In this document: positions 12,732-24,620 of the stretch, piece after piece
Layout of the letters: every line of letters begins with the position of its first letter
Numbering within the stretch: position 1 is the stretch's first letter
DNA from: Macrostomum lignano
Taxonomy: Eukaryota
Length of the DNA: 64,000 nt
Assembly (NCBI GenBank): GCA_002269645.1
Contig: NIVC01000272.1
Location: forward strand, 376,716-440,715
Reading direction: 5' to 3'
The notes under the pieces: generated by a model
Told to the model about the DNA's origin: nothing
Databases searched by the model: none
The model's input: only the letters and a program-made list of their open reading frames with translations
Program-made: the position numbers and the translations under genes

Positions 12732-13394
12732 ATGTCCAAGCAAATATTTGTGTTGGAAGGCCTCCCAGGATCGGGGAAGTCGACTGTTTTGCGCGAGTTG
12801 GCCCTGAGTTCACGACTGGAGAGATGGGAACGTCGGGTTCTATGGGCTCCGGAACCTGTCCAGGAATACAGCAGGCACCAGAGTCTAGAGGTGGAGATAA
12901 ACCCACTAGAAGAGTTTTATCGTGGATTGCTATCTGCGATCGGGTTTCAAGTCCATGTGAACCACTGCCTGTTTCGGCGGGACAAGCAAATGAAACAGCG
13001 GTTGCTAGAGGGCGATCGGTACGACAGCCTGGTGATGGAGAGAGTGCTAGCTTCGAGTCATTCGTTCACGAGCGCTCTGGCGGAGACGGGTCGCATCACG
13101 GTTCTGGAGAAGGCGATCTGTAATGCACAGATAGAGGCGCTGCAAGTGATACAGCCAAGCGAAGTCACGTTGATATATATGAACAAAGAACCCAGCTTGG
13201 CGTTGGAACGAGTTCGCCAACGCAATCGCACAGGAGAATCGGAGCTCCACCTCAACTACCTCCAACAGTTGGATAAAGCCATGCGTGAAAACTTCTTCCG
13301 ATACCACCAGGTTCATCAGGTGTTAGTCAGAGCCGGTACAATGCCGAGTGATTTGGCTCGCCTTCTCGGACGCATTATCCAGGGCAGGGTTTAG
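12732..13394 (+). CDS. Deoxynucleoside kinase (dNK family)
   Basis: VLEGLPGSGKST P-loop, PEPV, MER, ERVRQRNRTGE lid, YLQQL. Confidence 0.9.
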   Translation: MSKQIFVLEGLPGSGKSTVLRELALSSRLERWERRVLWAPEPVQEYSRHQSLEVEINPLEEFYRGLLSAIGFQVHVNHCLFRRDKQMKQRLLEGDRYDSLVMERVLASSHSFTSALAETGRITVLEKAICNAQIEALQVIQPSEVTLIYMNKEPSLALERVRQRNRTGESELHLNYLQQLDKAMRENFFRYHQVHQVLVRAGTMPSDLARLLGRIIQGRV

Positions 13395-13704
13395 TCTAAA
13401 AAACTGTATTCCGATCGATATCGTGAGCCATATCTGATTTAATCATACAAAAAACATTATTAAGTATGAATCATTTGATTTAATTCAAACCTAATCTGAT
13501 ATAATAATTCAAATACAATATCTGAATGCAAATAAAAACACTGATTCTATTCTAATCCCTACCGTTTGCTTTTTTTTATTTCTACACAGTCATCGTGCAG
13601 GCCAAAAGTTTAGATACTAACTAACTACAAAGGCGCATATTGCACAGCAACAGCAAAATACGCGTTACCGCTCCGCCACTCACCCCCAAGTTTAGATACT
13701 ACTT

Positions 13705-16700
13705 TTGTCTTTTTGTATGTTGGGGTTACTAGTAGTAAAATATGCCTCTAGCAGATTATGCAGTAGATTTGCTCAAAAATATGTAATTCAACAACAAAAA
13801 CCTCCCCACCACATCAATTTCCAGCCCATTGTACGCTGCGTGATTTGCAAGCGCGCGTTTCGCAGCAGGGCGGAGCTGCACGTTCATGCACACCAGTTCT
13901 GCTTTACCCCTAAAAAGTTGCTGGATGAACCAGTGCGGCAGTTGACTGAGAACCCGCCGCCCGGCTGGTCAATTGACTTACGCGAGTCGGCACATCGAGG
14001 TCGTGTCAACTATCTAGTGTTTGTGCCCCACACCGCAGGCGAAGACGACGATGAGCGACTATTGCCCGGCAATGCAATGGCCCAACTACGCACTTCGATA
14101 TATCGCCTTTTTACCCGGCTGGCCTCGCCTCTACTACTAATGCGAACATGCATACATTTGAGAGTGAAAATGTTTCGATCAAGAACAACTAACAACGATG
14201 ACGATGACAACAATGAAATGCTGGAGAATATCTCTGTTTATTTCAACACTAACGTTGCAACGATCCGGTCTGACGAAAGCGACAGTGGTGGGTTGCTGCT
14301 CTCGCGCGATGCCTTCAACGAATGGTTCGAATCGGTTGTCACAGAATTGGTGAGCAAATTGGAAAATTTTACTGCCCGAGGTTCAAATTGGCAGTATGGT
14401 GGAATCGAACAACTGGACTTGATGCTGTGCATCTATCGTAAAGGGAGTGTTCGACCGACGAGAGCGAGTAGTAGTGCTAGCACTGCTCAGAACAACACCA
14501 GCGACCAGACGGCGCCGTCTGGTCACAGGCGTCGTACAACCACCCTACGTGGCAGCGGCGGCGGCGGCGGTGGCGGTGGCGGTCCATTCAAAGTGCCGAT
14601 TTCGCTTCGGCGCAAACGAGATGCAGTAATCTACTCTAAGCCACACAACGCTAACCAAACCGACTGTTTTCGGTATTCAATATTGGCAAGCATCTTTTAT
14701 GAAAAGGTTGCCAAACCTACCTCAAAAAAAGCTACGCCCCATGGCTGATGATGGTGTTGTTCGGTAGTAGGGTTGGTCCGGCTCGACATACAGCTGGTTC
14801 GTACAGGAAGTTCTGTCGTCGAAACCCGCATATCAGCTTGCGCATATTTGTCTGGGATCACGAAAGCAAGACTGGTGTTCTCTACTTTTCATTGCGTAAC
14901 AGGGAGGAGAAGCATTTAGCCAATTGTTTGTTCATTCCTCCGTACGGTGAGCACAATTTGGGGCACTACATACCCGTCCGAAATGTGAATTCGCTGCTGA
15001 GCACGAGAAATAAACGGAGGCGCTACTGCCCCGACTGCTTGGTCGGGTTTTCCCACACCGTTCCGTGGGACTACATTTTGAAGCAGCACAATTGTCAGGG
15101 AGGAACTATGGACCAACCGACAGTCCAGTGGGCCTCGTCAGACCAAAAACAATTTCGTGTGAGCCGATGCGCGCCAGTAGAATCGCTACCAAAACCCTCT
15201 GATGCAATTCTTGAGTTTACTGCACACGAGGCTCGATTGCCTCCGTTGTATATCATTTATGCTGATATCGAGAGCGTTCTGGCGCCGCCCGAGACCGTTG
15301 CTGAAGTCAACAAGCCGCGAGTTGCAAGTTCGAATATGCGGATTCGAGATATTCACGTTCCTTTATGTGTAGCCTATCGATTGGTAGTTTGCCCAGAACT
15401 TGACAAAATTTCGGCTGCGCGATTGCAAGCCAAAGTTGGTCAACAGCGACCATGCAATGTGTTCTACAATAATCCAGACGGCGGTCCTAATTGCATCCGC
15501 CAGTTTTTGTTGGCTCTTCGCCAGTTGGCTACGGATATTTGTTGCGAGACCGAAACTTCTGGAGCCACGTTTACTCCTTTGTTGCGCAAGTACTCACCTC
15601 TACCACCAAATAACCGAACGAGATTAGAATATTGTCAGTTGTGTCATCGGGCATTTGCTCCTGATGAGCGCCAGGTTTTGGATCATTGCCATTTAAGTGG
15701 GATACCTAGAGGTATTGTATTTTTTTCGTGTAATCGGAAACTTTCTCTGAAACGATACCGGCTTCTTGTCTATACGCACTGCCTGAGCAACTATGACGGC
15801 AAATTTTTCGTTATAGAATTGTACGAATATTTTTCTGGAAACGATGTACAGCTTCACGTGCTTCCCGAAACCAGAGAGAAATTTAAAACTTTTTCAGTAA
15901 AGTTTAAGATACCACTGCGTGCTTCTTGGCGCCAGCAGAAGCGAGATTATGTATGGTTTGAAGTATGCTTCAAGGACACTTTTGCCTATCTGTCTACCAG
16001 TCTGGCGGTATTGGCTCAACGTCTCTTGCCAGAGCAGCTGGTTCACACGCGCGAGTTGCTCGAGGTGTATCCACAACTGCAGCCGGCTACGCTCCAACAA
16101 AAAGCCGTCTATCCATATCAATTCTTATCCGATGAAGAGTTACTCGATTCTTTTAAGCAGCTCCCACCAAAAGAGGCTTTCTACGATAGCGTCACTATGC
16201 AGCACTGTTCCGATGAAAACTACGCTCGAGCTCAACGAGCCTGGTTAGAATTCAGTTGCAAGAGTTTGCGCGACTACACCACCGCCTATTTGCTGTTGGA
16301 TGTGTTGCTTTTGTGTGATGTGTTTGAGACCTTTCGAAAGACAGCAATGCAAGAGTATGGAATTGACCCGGCGAATTTTCTTGGCTCGCCCATGTACAGT
16401 ATGGCGGCTTGCTTGCTTCGTTTGGAGTCACCGATTCATTTGTTTACAGATTCTAAAATGTATTCAGAAGTAGAATCCTCAATTCGTGGAGGATTTAGTT
16501 TTGGAACCCTACATATTACGACCGCCAACAATAAACTTGTAAGAAAGTATCGCAACCAGTTGAATCAGGAGGAGCCTCAATATTCCACGCTGCGGGACAA
16601 TGCACCCGATGAAACTTATTTGGTTTATTTGGACGCTAATTCTCTGTATGCTTCTTGCATGATTGAACCGATGCCGTGTAGCGACTTTCGCTGGCTTACT

Positions 16701-18112
16701 AGGCAAGAGATTGCTCAAATCCCATGTGACAGCGATCTTCTTGAGACTCTGCATGTTAAAAGTTGCATGCTTGACTGGCTGACTAGTTTTTGCTGCAATG
16801 AGCGTGGAGCTCTGTTCAATGTAGACCTTTACTATCCACGATTTTTGCATGACTCGACCGCCGATCTTCCACTAGCTGTCGGGCACGAGACGTTAACGGG
16901 CTCTCAGCTTACCCAACAGATGAAAGACGATTGGGTTTACCTGCAACGCCAACTGAATCCGGAACGCTATGCCAATGCTACAAGCTACGAAGATGTTAAA
17001 CCTTTCAAGAGCTCGACAAAAAAGCTTGTCGGTTCGGTGGACCACAAGCGCAACTACGTGGTTCATCATCGTGCTTTGCGTCTCTACTTAGAGTTGGGGT
17101 TGCGAGTCACCCGCGTACATCGAGTCATTGCTTTCGATGAGAAACCCATTCTGCGTCAATACATTAATCACAATATTGCGCGCCGGGTGGCTGCGAAGAC
17201 AGAGTTTGAAAAAGACTTTTTCAAACTTTTAAACAATGCACTTTTTGGAAAGTTCCTTTAACGCGTTCGAGATCGGGTGTCGTATCGAATGTGTTCTTCA
17301 GCGGAAAAGTTGGAGGCCTACATAGGCCGAGAAGAATTTTTGGGCGTGACAATATACACCGAGAGTTTGGCTGGTGTCAGCCTGTCTCCTCAACGAGTAG
17401 TGCTTAACAAAGCAATCATTATTGGTGCAACGATTTTGGATATTGCTAAAACGATTGTGTACGAATTTTATTATCAACACGTGCAGTTGAGTAAACCGCA
17501 GCTGTTCGTGTTGGAGAGCAAATGATGACCTTAAATATTCACCGTTTTCTCGTTGAATCTATATTCCAGGTGCATCGATCGCTTGCACGTGCTCGCGTAC
17601 TCGGAGGTGATACAGACTCTCTAATGATGGCGTTGGTAATGCGAAACGCTTTTGAGACGCCATACGAGACGCTATTCAAGGACTTGGCCGCACAGGGGCT
17701 CTTGGATACTAGTAACTACCCACCAACCCACGAGCTCTATTCTCTTGCTCACAAGGGAAGATTGCTGGCCTGGAAAGACGAGTTCGGTGGTCGACTGGCG
17801 TTAGAATTTGTTTTTCTCCGTCCAAAGAACTACTCTTTTTTGCATTGCAATGACGAGGGAGCAGTTCGGCAGCTGTCTCGATCTAAGGGAGTGTGCAGAA
17901 GTGTTGGTCGTAGTCTGAAGCATAATGTTTTTTTGCATGTACTAATCGAGCGGCGTTTGCACTACGTAACCATGCAAACAATTACGTCGCGCAAGCAGCT
18001 TGTGTTTTCGATGAGTCAGTACAAGCAGGCACTAGGCTACTTCGACACAAAGCGAGCCTGGACCAGTGATTTGGTCTCACTACCTTTTGGTCACTGGCGT
18101 CTTGATGATTAA
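13705..18112 (+). pseudogene. polB: Protein-primed family B DNA polymerase (frameshift ~14748, nonsense codon 17259-17261, probable intron 17481-17569)
   Basis: N-terminal C2H2 finger, YADIES, DHCHLSG (EndoVII-like), HCLSNYD, KAVYPY, YLDANSLYASCM, KLLNNALFGK, GDTDSL, LRPKNY, KGV. Confidence 0.95.
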
Positions 18113-18464
18113 TCAATTTATTGACTTGCTGCTACTTTGTAGACTAAGAATGATCTAATCCTAATATACGAGCTACGTTTCTGATTAAATATTATCGTTT
18201 TATTCTATCTGCATAATTATCGTTTTATTCTATCTGCATAAATGTTGTCAAACTTGAGATTTCACTCATTTGGGAATTTAGGGTGTAAGCAAAGTAATAT
18301 TTGCTAGGTACTTAGCACAAAAAATGTGGAATACGTACGCATTGAAACCATTAGTATTCGTCGATATTGAAGAAGAAGAAGCGTTTGATTTTGGGTATAA
18401 GCAACCATCTCTGCTAGAAGGTGGTGACTACAAAGAGACCTCTGTTTCACAAATTTCAGCCACA

Positions 18465-18992
18465 ATGGATTCGACAGATCAGAAGCCAGAACTGTGTGGC
18501 GAGACAATGACGACGGAGAAAAACGATTCAACGAATCATCTGCCGGCTGTACTGCAAGTGAAACGATTGCGGGAAACTGGTGTGCTTCCGGTGCGTCTTA
18601 CCCAAGGTTCCATCGGCTACGATTTGTCTGTCATCGAAGACAGGTTGATTCCTGCACACGGCCGCGCGGCTGTACCGCTCGGAATCTCTATTCGCGTTCC
18701 GGACGGGACCTACGGAAGGATTGCACCGCGATCTGAGCTTGCAATGCGTGGCATTGATGTTGGTGCGGGTGTCATCGACCCGGATTTCGCCGGCGAGATT
18801 GCTGTGATTTTTTACAACCACAGCTTTGAAGACTACACTTTTAAGGCTGGAGAACGCATTGCCCAGCTGATCTTGGAACAGGCACTGGTGGTTCCGGTCG
18901 TGCTGGAGGAGGCTCCTGGAGAGTGCTGCTTGATTGTTGAACCCAAGCCCCGCAAGCGCGGAGCTATGGGCTTTGGTAGCACCGGTCGATAA
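18465..18992 (+). CDS. dut: dUTPase (trimeric type)
   Basis: GYDL, GRIAPRS, GVIDPDFAGEI, GERIAQL, RGAMGFGSTG. The likely ATG at 18465 follows tttcag (the ORF is open from 18324). Confidence 0.95.
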   Translation: MDSTDQKPELCGETMTTEKNDSTNHLPAVLQVKRLRETGVLPVRLTQGSIGYDLSVIEDRLIPAHGRAAVPLGISIRVPDGTYGRIAPRSELAMRGIDVGAGVIDPDFAGEIAVIFYNHSFEDYTFKAGERIAQLILEQALVVPVVLEEAPGECCLIVEPKPRKRGAMGFGSTGR

Positions 18993-19121
18993 ATGAGCAA
19001 CAAGAGCAACAAAAAGACTTTAAAAATTTGAGAAACCTCAGATTAAATACACAATAACCACGCTTAAAAGCTATATGCAAGGGTATTTTGTCTTGTCTAC
19101 TATCGATTTTTTTCTTTTGCT

Positions 19122-19562
19122 TTGCTGGTACCGATATTTTGGATGGGTAAAAAGTTAGTTGAAAAGAAGAAGAAAACTAAACTCGTATCAGGCCGAATTG
19201 ATTCCAAAAGTAGAAGTTCAAAACAGAAGCAAAAACGAGGTTCCGGAATAGTAAACTGGTTAATCAACCATTTGCCTGTTGAGGTCCAAATACCTGGCTA
19301 CCGTTTCTGTGGTTTCGGAACCCGCCTACGCCAGCGTTTATCGGAGGGACAACGCGGGGTTAATCGTCTTGATGATTTGTGTCTGATCCACGACTTGGCC
19401 TATTCGAAGCACAAGGGGGTAAAGGAACGCTTGGAGGCAGACCGGGTTCTAGAAACCGGTGCCCGTGAGATTGCACAAGATCCAAAAACACCTTTCGGTG
19501 AAAAGGTTACTGCCAAGATGGTATCAAAAATGATGTCCTTGAAACAGAAACTGAGTGCCTAA
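19122..19562 (+). CDS. Parvovirus-VP1-like phospholipase A2 (PLA2X) protein
   Basis: LPVEVQIPGYRFCGFGTRL..G.N.LD..C..HDLAY..R..AD.L with a basic N-terminus; typical of Mavericks/adintoviruses. Confidence 0.9.
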   Translation: MLVPIFWMGKKLVEKKKKTKLVSGRIDSKSRSSKQKQKRGSGIVNWLINHLPVEVQIPGYRFCGFGTRLRQRLSEGQRGVNRLDDLCLIHDLAYSKHKGVKERLEADRVLETGAREIAQDPKTPFGEKVTAKMVSKMMSLKQKLSA

Positions 19563-19563
19563 A

Positions 19564-20149
19564 ATGACTGCTGCAACGCCGGAGACATTCAACTTGCAAT
19601 TGGCACACGATTCCTCGTTCATTATTGCTGGCCCAGCGATGTCTGGCAAGACCGAGTGGACCCTGCGACTCTTGAAGGAACGCCATGCGATGTTTGACAA
19701 GGCTCCAAAACGTCTAGTTTGGTGTCATGGGACCGATTTGTCAGCGACGGAACAGCAACGTATTCGAACGTTTTGGCTAGACGGAGGCGACAGTCCAATT
19801 CACTTTGTTAGAGGATTTCCAGACACGCTGGTTAGCCAACTTCAGGAGCACGATTTCGTGGTAGTGGACGATTTACAAAGCGAAGTTGCTAAATCTACAG
19901 CCTTGACTGGCATGTTCACAAAATATGCACATCATATACCCTTAACGTGTGTGTACCATTGCCAAAATCTATTTAATCGGTCGGATCCAGAGGCGCGAAC
20001 TCGGAGTCTATCAGCTAGTTATATTTGTCTCATGGGGAGTGTGCGAGACCGATCTGCCGTTGAACACTTGAGTCAGCAAATGCTCAGTCGGGGCAGTAAA
20101 TTCTTGGTTCGTGCCTACGAGGACGCCACTGACAACAAACCGCATAGCT
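19564..20149 (+). pseudogene. A32/FtsK-like packaging ATPase, C-terminally truncated by the inverted arm
   Basis: IIAGPAMSGKT, VVVDDLQ, FTKYAHH, QNLF, AYEDAT..KP; the sequence switches to the inverted arm at 20150. Confidence 0.9.
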
Positions 20150-23100
20150 GTTTGCGGAGGGCTCACCAGAACCTTGACCGGAGGGACCGGCTCAGCCGCG
20201 CCCAACCTGTCGTGCTGCTCATGCTCCTTCTTTTGTTGTTGCTTCTTAGTGCCAGAAGAGCGACGGGGTGCAGCTGGTTTCTTGGCTTGCTGTCTCCCCA
20301 ACGAAGTCTGGGACTTCTTCTTCCCAGGTTGCTCTTCCTCTTCTCCCGACCCAGTGGATAGTTTGCGCTTTAGCTTGGTCGGATTCTTGGCTAGCTGTCG
20401 GCGGAGTCCAGCAAACAGATTTAGGTTGCTTGGGTTCCTGTCCATTAGTACGATAGATCGTAAAGCGAAGGAGAGCTTCCAGCCGGTCGCAATCCGCGGT
20501 CGAAACAGGGACGTCGCCTGAATGGATAGGTGGTAACGGCCTGAGACCCCCTTAAATTCGCTCGGCGCGGCTTCCACACCGTCCGGATGCGCAGGGTCGT
20601 TCATTCGAAAGCCGAGGCAAGCGTACGCGGCCTTAAGCGGTACCCACTGCACCGGGTTGTAGTCTGCAGAAGACCCTTCCGTCGCGTGGCGACATGGCTG
20701 TTTCGTTGCGCGAAACAGTATCTTGCAGACTGACTTGGCCTCCAGCTCAATCTCGATTATGCGCTCCACCGATCTGCAGCAGAAAATAGTTTGGCAACTT
20801 TTTTAAATGGCAAAAGTATATATTACAGTACATAGACATTTAACAAAAACGCAATCTACCTCAAAAGGTCGAACAGAGTTTTGCAAAAATCTTCTGCGAA
20901 AATAGGCAGGGCGACTTCGTCTCGAGGTTCGGCGTTGGGTGAGGTTGAATGATCCGACACGCTGCCCCTCTCATGAAGACCCTTCAGCAGTTCGATCTGG
21001 TCCTTCGTCTGAAGGACCACCGGGTAGCGTCTTTTCTCTCCTGGTCGCGACCAAGACACCGATCGAAAAAAACATTCACCGTTGGTTGTCTCGTCACCAA
21101 TATGGATTCTTGCTCCGTTCGTCAGATCTATCTTCTTGTGTGAGAACCGCATCAGAGAGAAACGTTGTCATTGCTGTTCCGAGGTCGACAGGTCGTCGTC
21201 TCGAGGTCGGTCCAGTAGTTCTTGCTCCCTGGGTTTTCGACTAAAAAATCTGCTTTCTTTTATAGAAAATTTTGTTGGGGTGGGACTGCATTCCCACCTC
21301 ATCAGTAGTCTGATTGAAACAGCTCTGGGAATCATGCGGTCACCACCTGCATATAGGCGGCGTTGAAAGTGTCAATATCACCGGAAGCTAAGTTAATTGA
21401 CTGGACGGATACCATGGTAACACCATGGCAACAACAGCAGAATCTAAGAGCGACCATCAGATTCGCTCGGTTGCATGCGTCCAAATCTACATAAGCTGCT
21501 TAACTTCAGAAAAGTTGTTTTAATTAAACCAATGCTTTTGTTTATCACTGCTCATGAGAACCTGTAATTAATCCTAATTTATGGAAGCCAATTTATGGAA
21601 TCATTCTTTATGCAATCAATTCGTTTTCGTAAGAACCTTTAATTAAGTCAGGCATCAAGTGAACATAAATAATGTGGTTGATTGCCTGCATAATTAGCTG
21701 GGTGTTTCTCCTTAATGAGAGAGCCATGTATATATGGTATATATGTTAATAAAAACTCCAAGGTCTACAAGTCTGTCCTTCATTCGATCGAGCTCATTGA
21801 CAACTTACTTTTACTACGGGCTGTTGAATCGTCGCGATGGACAAGGAATCAAGACGTAAGGAACTTATCGAGCGGTACATCAAAGAAGAGAAAGCTAGAG
21901 AAAGCATTACAAAATATTACCACCTGCTGAAGCGTATTGCGTCATTGCAGTCAATAAAAATTATAGATTATTAAACTGGCCACGGTTAAAACATGAGAAA
22001 TATATTTGTTATAATTGGAACTGCTACGCTAGCCACTGTTAGAACAGTAAAAATCGGGTCGTTATAGTTAAAAAAAATAAGCCCATCGTACTGCTCTGCG
22101 ATTACACGATTAGACCGACATCAGAGCCCTGTGGAAACGTTGGTAGAGACGACGAGCGGGGTGTCGAGAATCGAACAGTAGGAGAGCGAATCGGTGTGCA
22201 CCAAACGGATATTTCGGTGTTGGCCCTTGGGATCGTTTGTGTGGCTTGAGTATTGTCATGATGCGGACGCGAAATAGTGCGCATCAACTTTTGCTTGTAG
22301 CCGCGTTTGCAGAGACAGTATACGGCAGTGCTAGCCAACAGGAGCACAAGAATTAGCGCGAGAAAACCAAAGCTGGCGCTTTGCGCGTTGGAAACTTTCG
22401 AGATTCGTTGAAAAACTTCGCTAATTGAGGCGATTGCAGCCGAACTGTTGTAGACTTGGATTTGCGAGGAACGATGCTCTGCTTCTAGCGTTTCGAGTGT
22501 GTTTTTTGAAGCTTGGGCTAATTGTCTCACTGATTCTTGGAGTTTTTCGAAAGCTTCAGTATTCTTTTGCAGTGCTTCAGACTGTCGATTTAATATAATG
22601 GCTATTTTCTGCATTTGACTTGACATAGTGTTTACAAGTAGATTTCTTGCCACTGGGTTGAATTCGGAGCACTGACTTGGCTTCGCTATCTTAAACTAAA
22701 CCGGTTGCAGTAGACTTCGCTTTTAAGGCTGGCTAGCGCACGCTTCTCATTGCGCGAATCGAAGGGTGGGTTATTTTGATTCCTATGCGCCACTGTGGGT
22801 TGGGGGGAGGGAGGGTCGTTCCTCTCTTCGTGCGGGGAGAGCACCGTACAACTTCAACGTACATAGGGTCTCTTTTTGGGCGAGAGGGGGTGTGTGCCTT
22901 GAAAGACTCTTCGCGGGCTCGGGCATTGTACAGTCGGCTGTACACACAAATTGTTGATATGATTTTTTCTTGGCAATTTAGACTGAGAGGGATGTGTGTA
23001 GAAGATGGGTAGCACGGAGTGTAAGATATAACTAGAGAGAATGAGCGAGAATTCTAAACAGCAAGTGTGTATACAGTGAATGTGGCTACTGCAAAACAGA

Positions 23101-23250
23101 TTATGTGTAATGAAAACAGACGGATAGCGTCCTACTTGTTTTCTATTTAAAACATATCGGGCTGTGTGTTCAATAAATTTTCTGACAGATAGTGTCCTAT
23201 TTGTTCTATAATGTAAAATTCGGGGTTGTGTGTAATTTCCTATTACTACT
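20150..23250 (-). repeat. Right arm: inverted copy of the element's left end
   Basis: Duplicates the ORFs at 7971, 10751 and 11134 (as 22102-22653, 20856-21152 and truncated 20150-20769) with few substitutions. Confidence 0.95.
22102..22653 (-). CDS. Second copy of the coiled-coil/TM protein
   Basis: Translation identical to 7971-8522. Confidence 0.6.
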   Translation of the reverse strand: MARNLLVNTMSSQMQKIAIILNRQSEALQKNTEAFEKLQESVRQLAQASKNTLETLEAEHRSSQIQVYNSSAAIASISEVFQRISKVSNAQSASFGFLALILVLLLASTAVYCLCKRGYKQKLMRTISRPHHDNTQATQTIPRANTEISVWCTPIRSPTVRFSTPRSSSLPTFPQGSDVGLIV

Positions 23251-23433
23251 AAGGGTATCGAGTTGTTGGTCATACATCTGGCGTAATAATTCGTTTTAGA
23301 GGGGTTAAAATTAAGTGTTGATATTTGAGTAAATAATAAATTTGAGTTTCTAATTCTAGTGTGCTCAGCACGCCAACGAATGAATACGTAAATCAAATAG
23401 TCACTATAGTCTTTTACTCTCCCCCCATCTCCT
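23251..23433 (-). repeat. PPT and start of a 3' LTR, interrupted by the Polinton-like terminus
   Basis: AGGAGATGGGGGGAGAG at 23417-23433 downstream of the integrase end. Confidence 0.55.
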
Positions 23434-23512
23434 GACATCATTTGTCTAGGAGTATGGGAATTGTACTTCTTTCGAACTGTGTCCGCGAGCGTCTCATCAT
23501 CAGCTTGTACGC

Positions 23513-24620
23513 TCACTTCCTTACTGAACTGTTGCCTGTGTTGGCGTTGCGTTCTCCACGGATCACTTGGGCCGTGTGCACCTGGAAAGATTCTTGCGTC
23601 GGATCGTCGATTTTCCTTAATCTGACGGACGTGGCGCTGTTTCTTTTCACGATTTCATATGCGCCCGTGAACTTGGCTTGGTGCTTTCCCTGTCTCATTG
23701 GGATCTGAAGCATAACTCTGGTTCCAATAGCTAGTGTAGGGGCCATTCGATTTTTGTTAGCTCTGCCGGTATTCTTTTCCTGGGCCACTTTGAGATGGTG
23801 TCTGGCTATTTCTCTAGCCAGGGTAATAGCTTCTTGCATTCGGGCCGCATAGGACGGTTCATCCATATATCTTACTAGATTCAGCTGAGTTTTGAGCTCT
23901 GTGGGCATCAAGGGGTTTCCTCGCGAAAACCAATTCGAAGGGAGAATAGTTTGAAGAGGATTGCTTGGCTGTATTGTAGGCATAGATTGTGGCTGATAAG
24001 TATTTATGCCATTCATTTGGATTTTCCGCCGTGTAATGTCTAAGCATGTTTGCAGAGTAGAGTGTAGTCTCTCTACATGGTTTGCTTGCGGATGGTAGGT
24101 GGACGAGAAGATGTGCTTGACTCCCAGAATTTCTAGAACTTCAGCTAATAGTGATGCCGTGAAATTTTTTCCATTGCTTGCGAAAATTTCTATCGGGATT
24201 CCAAACATACAGAAGACTTGGAACAAAGTTTCGGCTGTGGTTTCTGCTGGTAGATCTGGATTGGGAATGCAAAGGCGAATTGTGAAAAACAGCATAGAAT
24301 AGTCAAGATGTGGGTGACTGTCTCGTTCCGGAGTTTTGTGGGGACCATGGGTCCCTACGAGATCTACTGATAGATTTCGGGCATTTGGATGAGCCCCTTG
24401 TGTAGTTGGCCGAATTTGTTCTTAGCGCAATCCATGCAGTCTTGACAAAAGGTTCGAATATCGGAAACCATTGAGATCCAGAAATAGTGTCACCAAATTC
24501 TTTCTAGGTTTTTTTCGAATCCTAGGTGCGCTGCTAGTGGTAGTGCATGTAACGAGTGGCAGATTGTTTCGCGAAACTTGAATGGAAGCACTATTTGTTG
24601 GGTGTGATCTGCTGTCCTGT
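23513..24620 (-). pseudogene. pol: Gypsy integrase fragment (different subfamily)
   Basis: HALPLAAH..C..C at ~24430-24560, YHPQAN..ER, YAYNT, PFELVFAR, G.Y.IV; frameshifted. Confidence 0.9.

Larger units (their letters stand above)
7250..23250 (+). mobile_element. Polinton/Maverick-like (adintovirus-like) element, rearranged and defective
   Basis: Termini AGTAGTAATAGG...CCTATTACTACT; contains pPolB, A32-type ATPase and PLA2X; long inverted arms; flanks gatgta / aagggt do not form a TSD. Confidence 0.9.

Noticed and set aside
12125-13123. Host TBP gene
   Set aside because: Far too diverged for the highly conserved cellular TBP and embedded among viral genes.
20150-20361. Hydrophobic C-terminal extension of the ATPase ORF
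   Set aside because: It is the antisense reading of the inverted SSB-like gene past the breakpoint.
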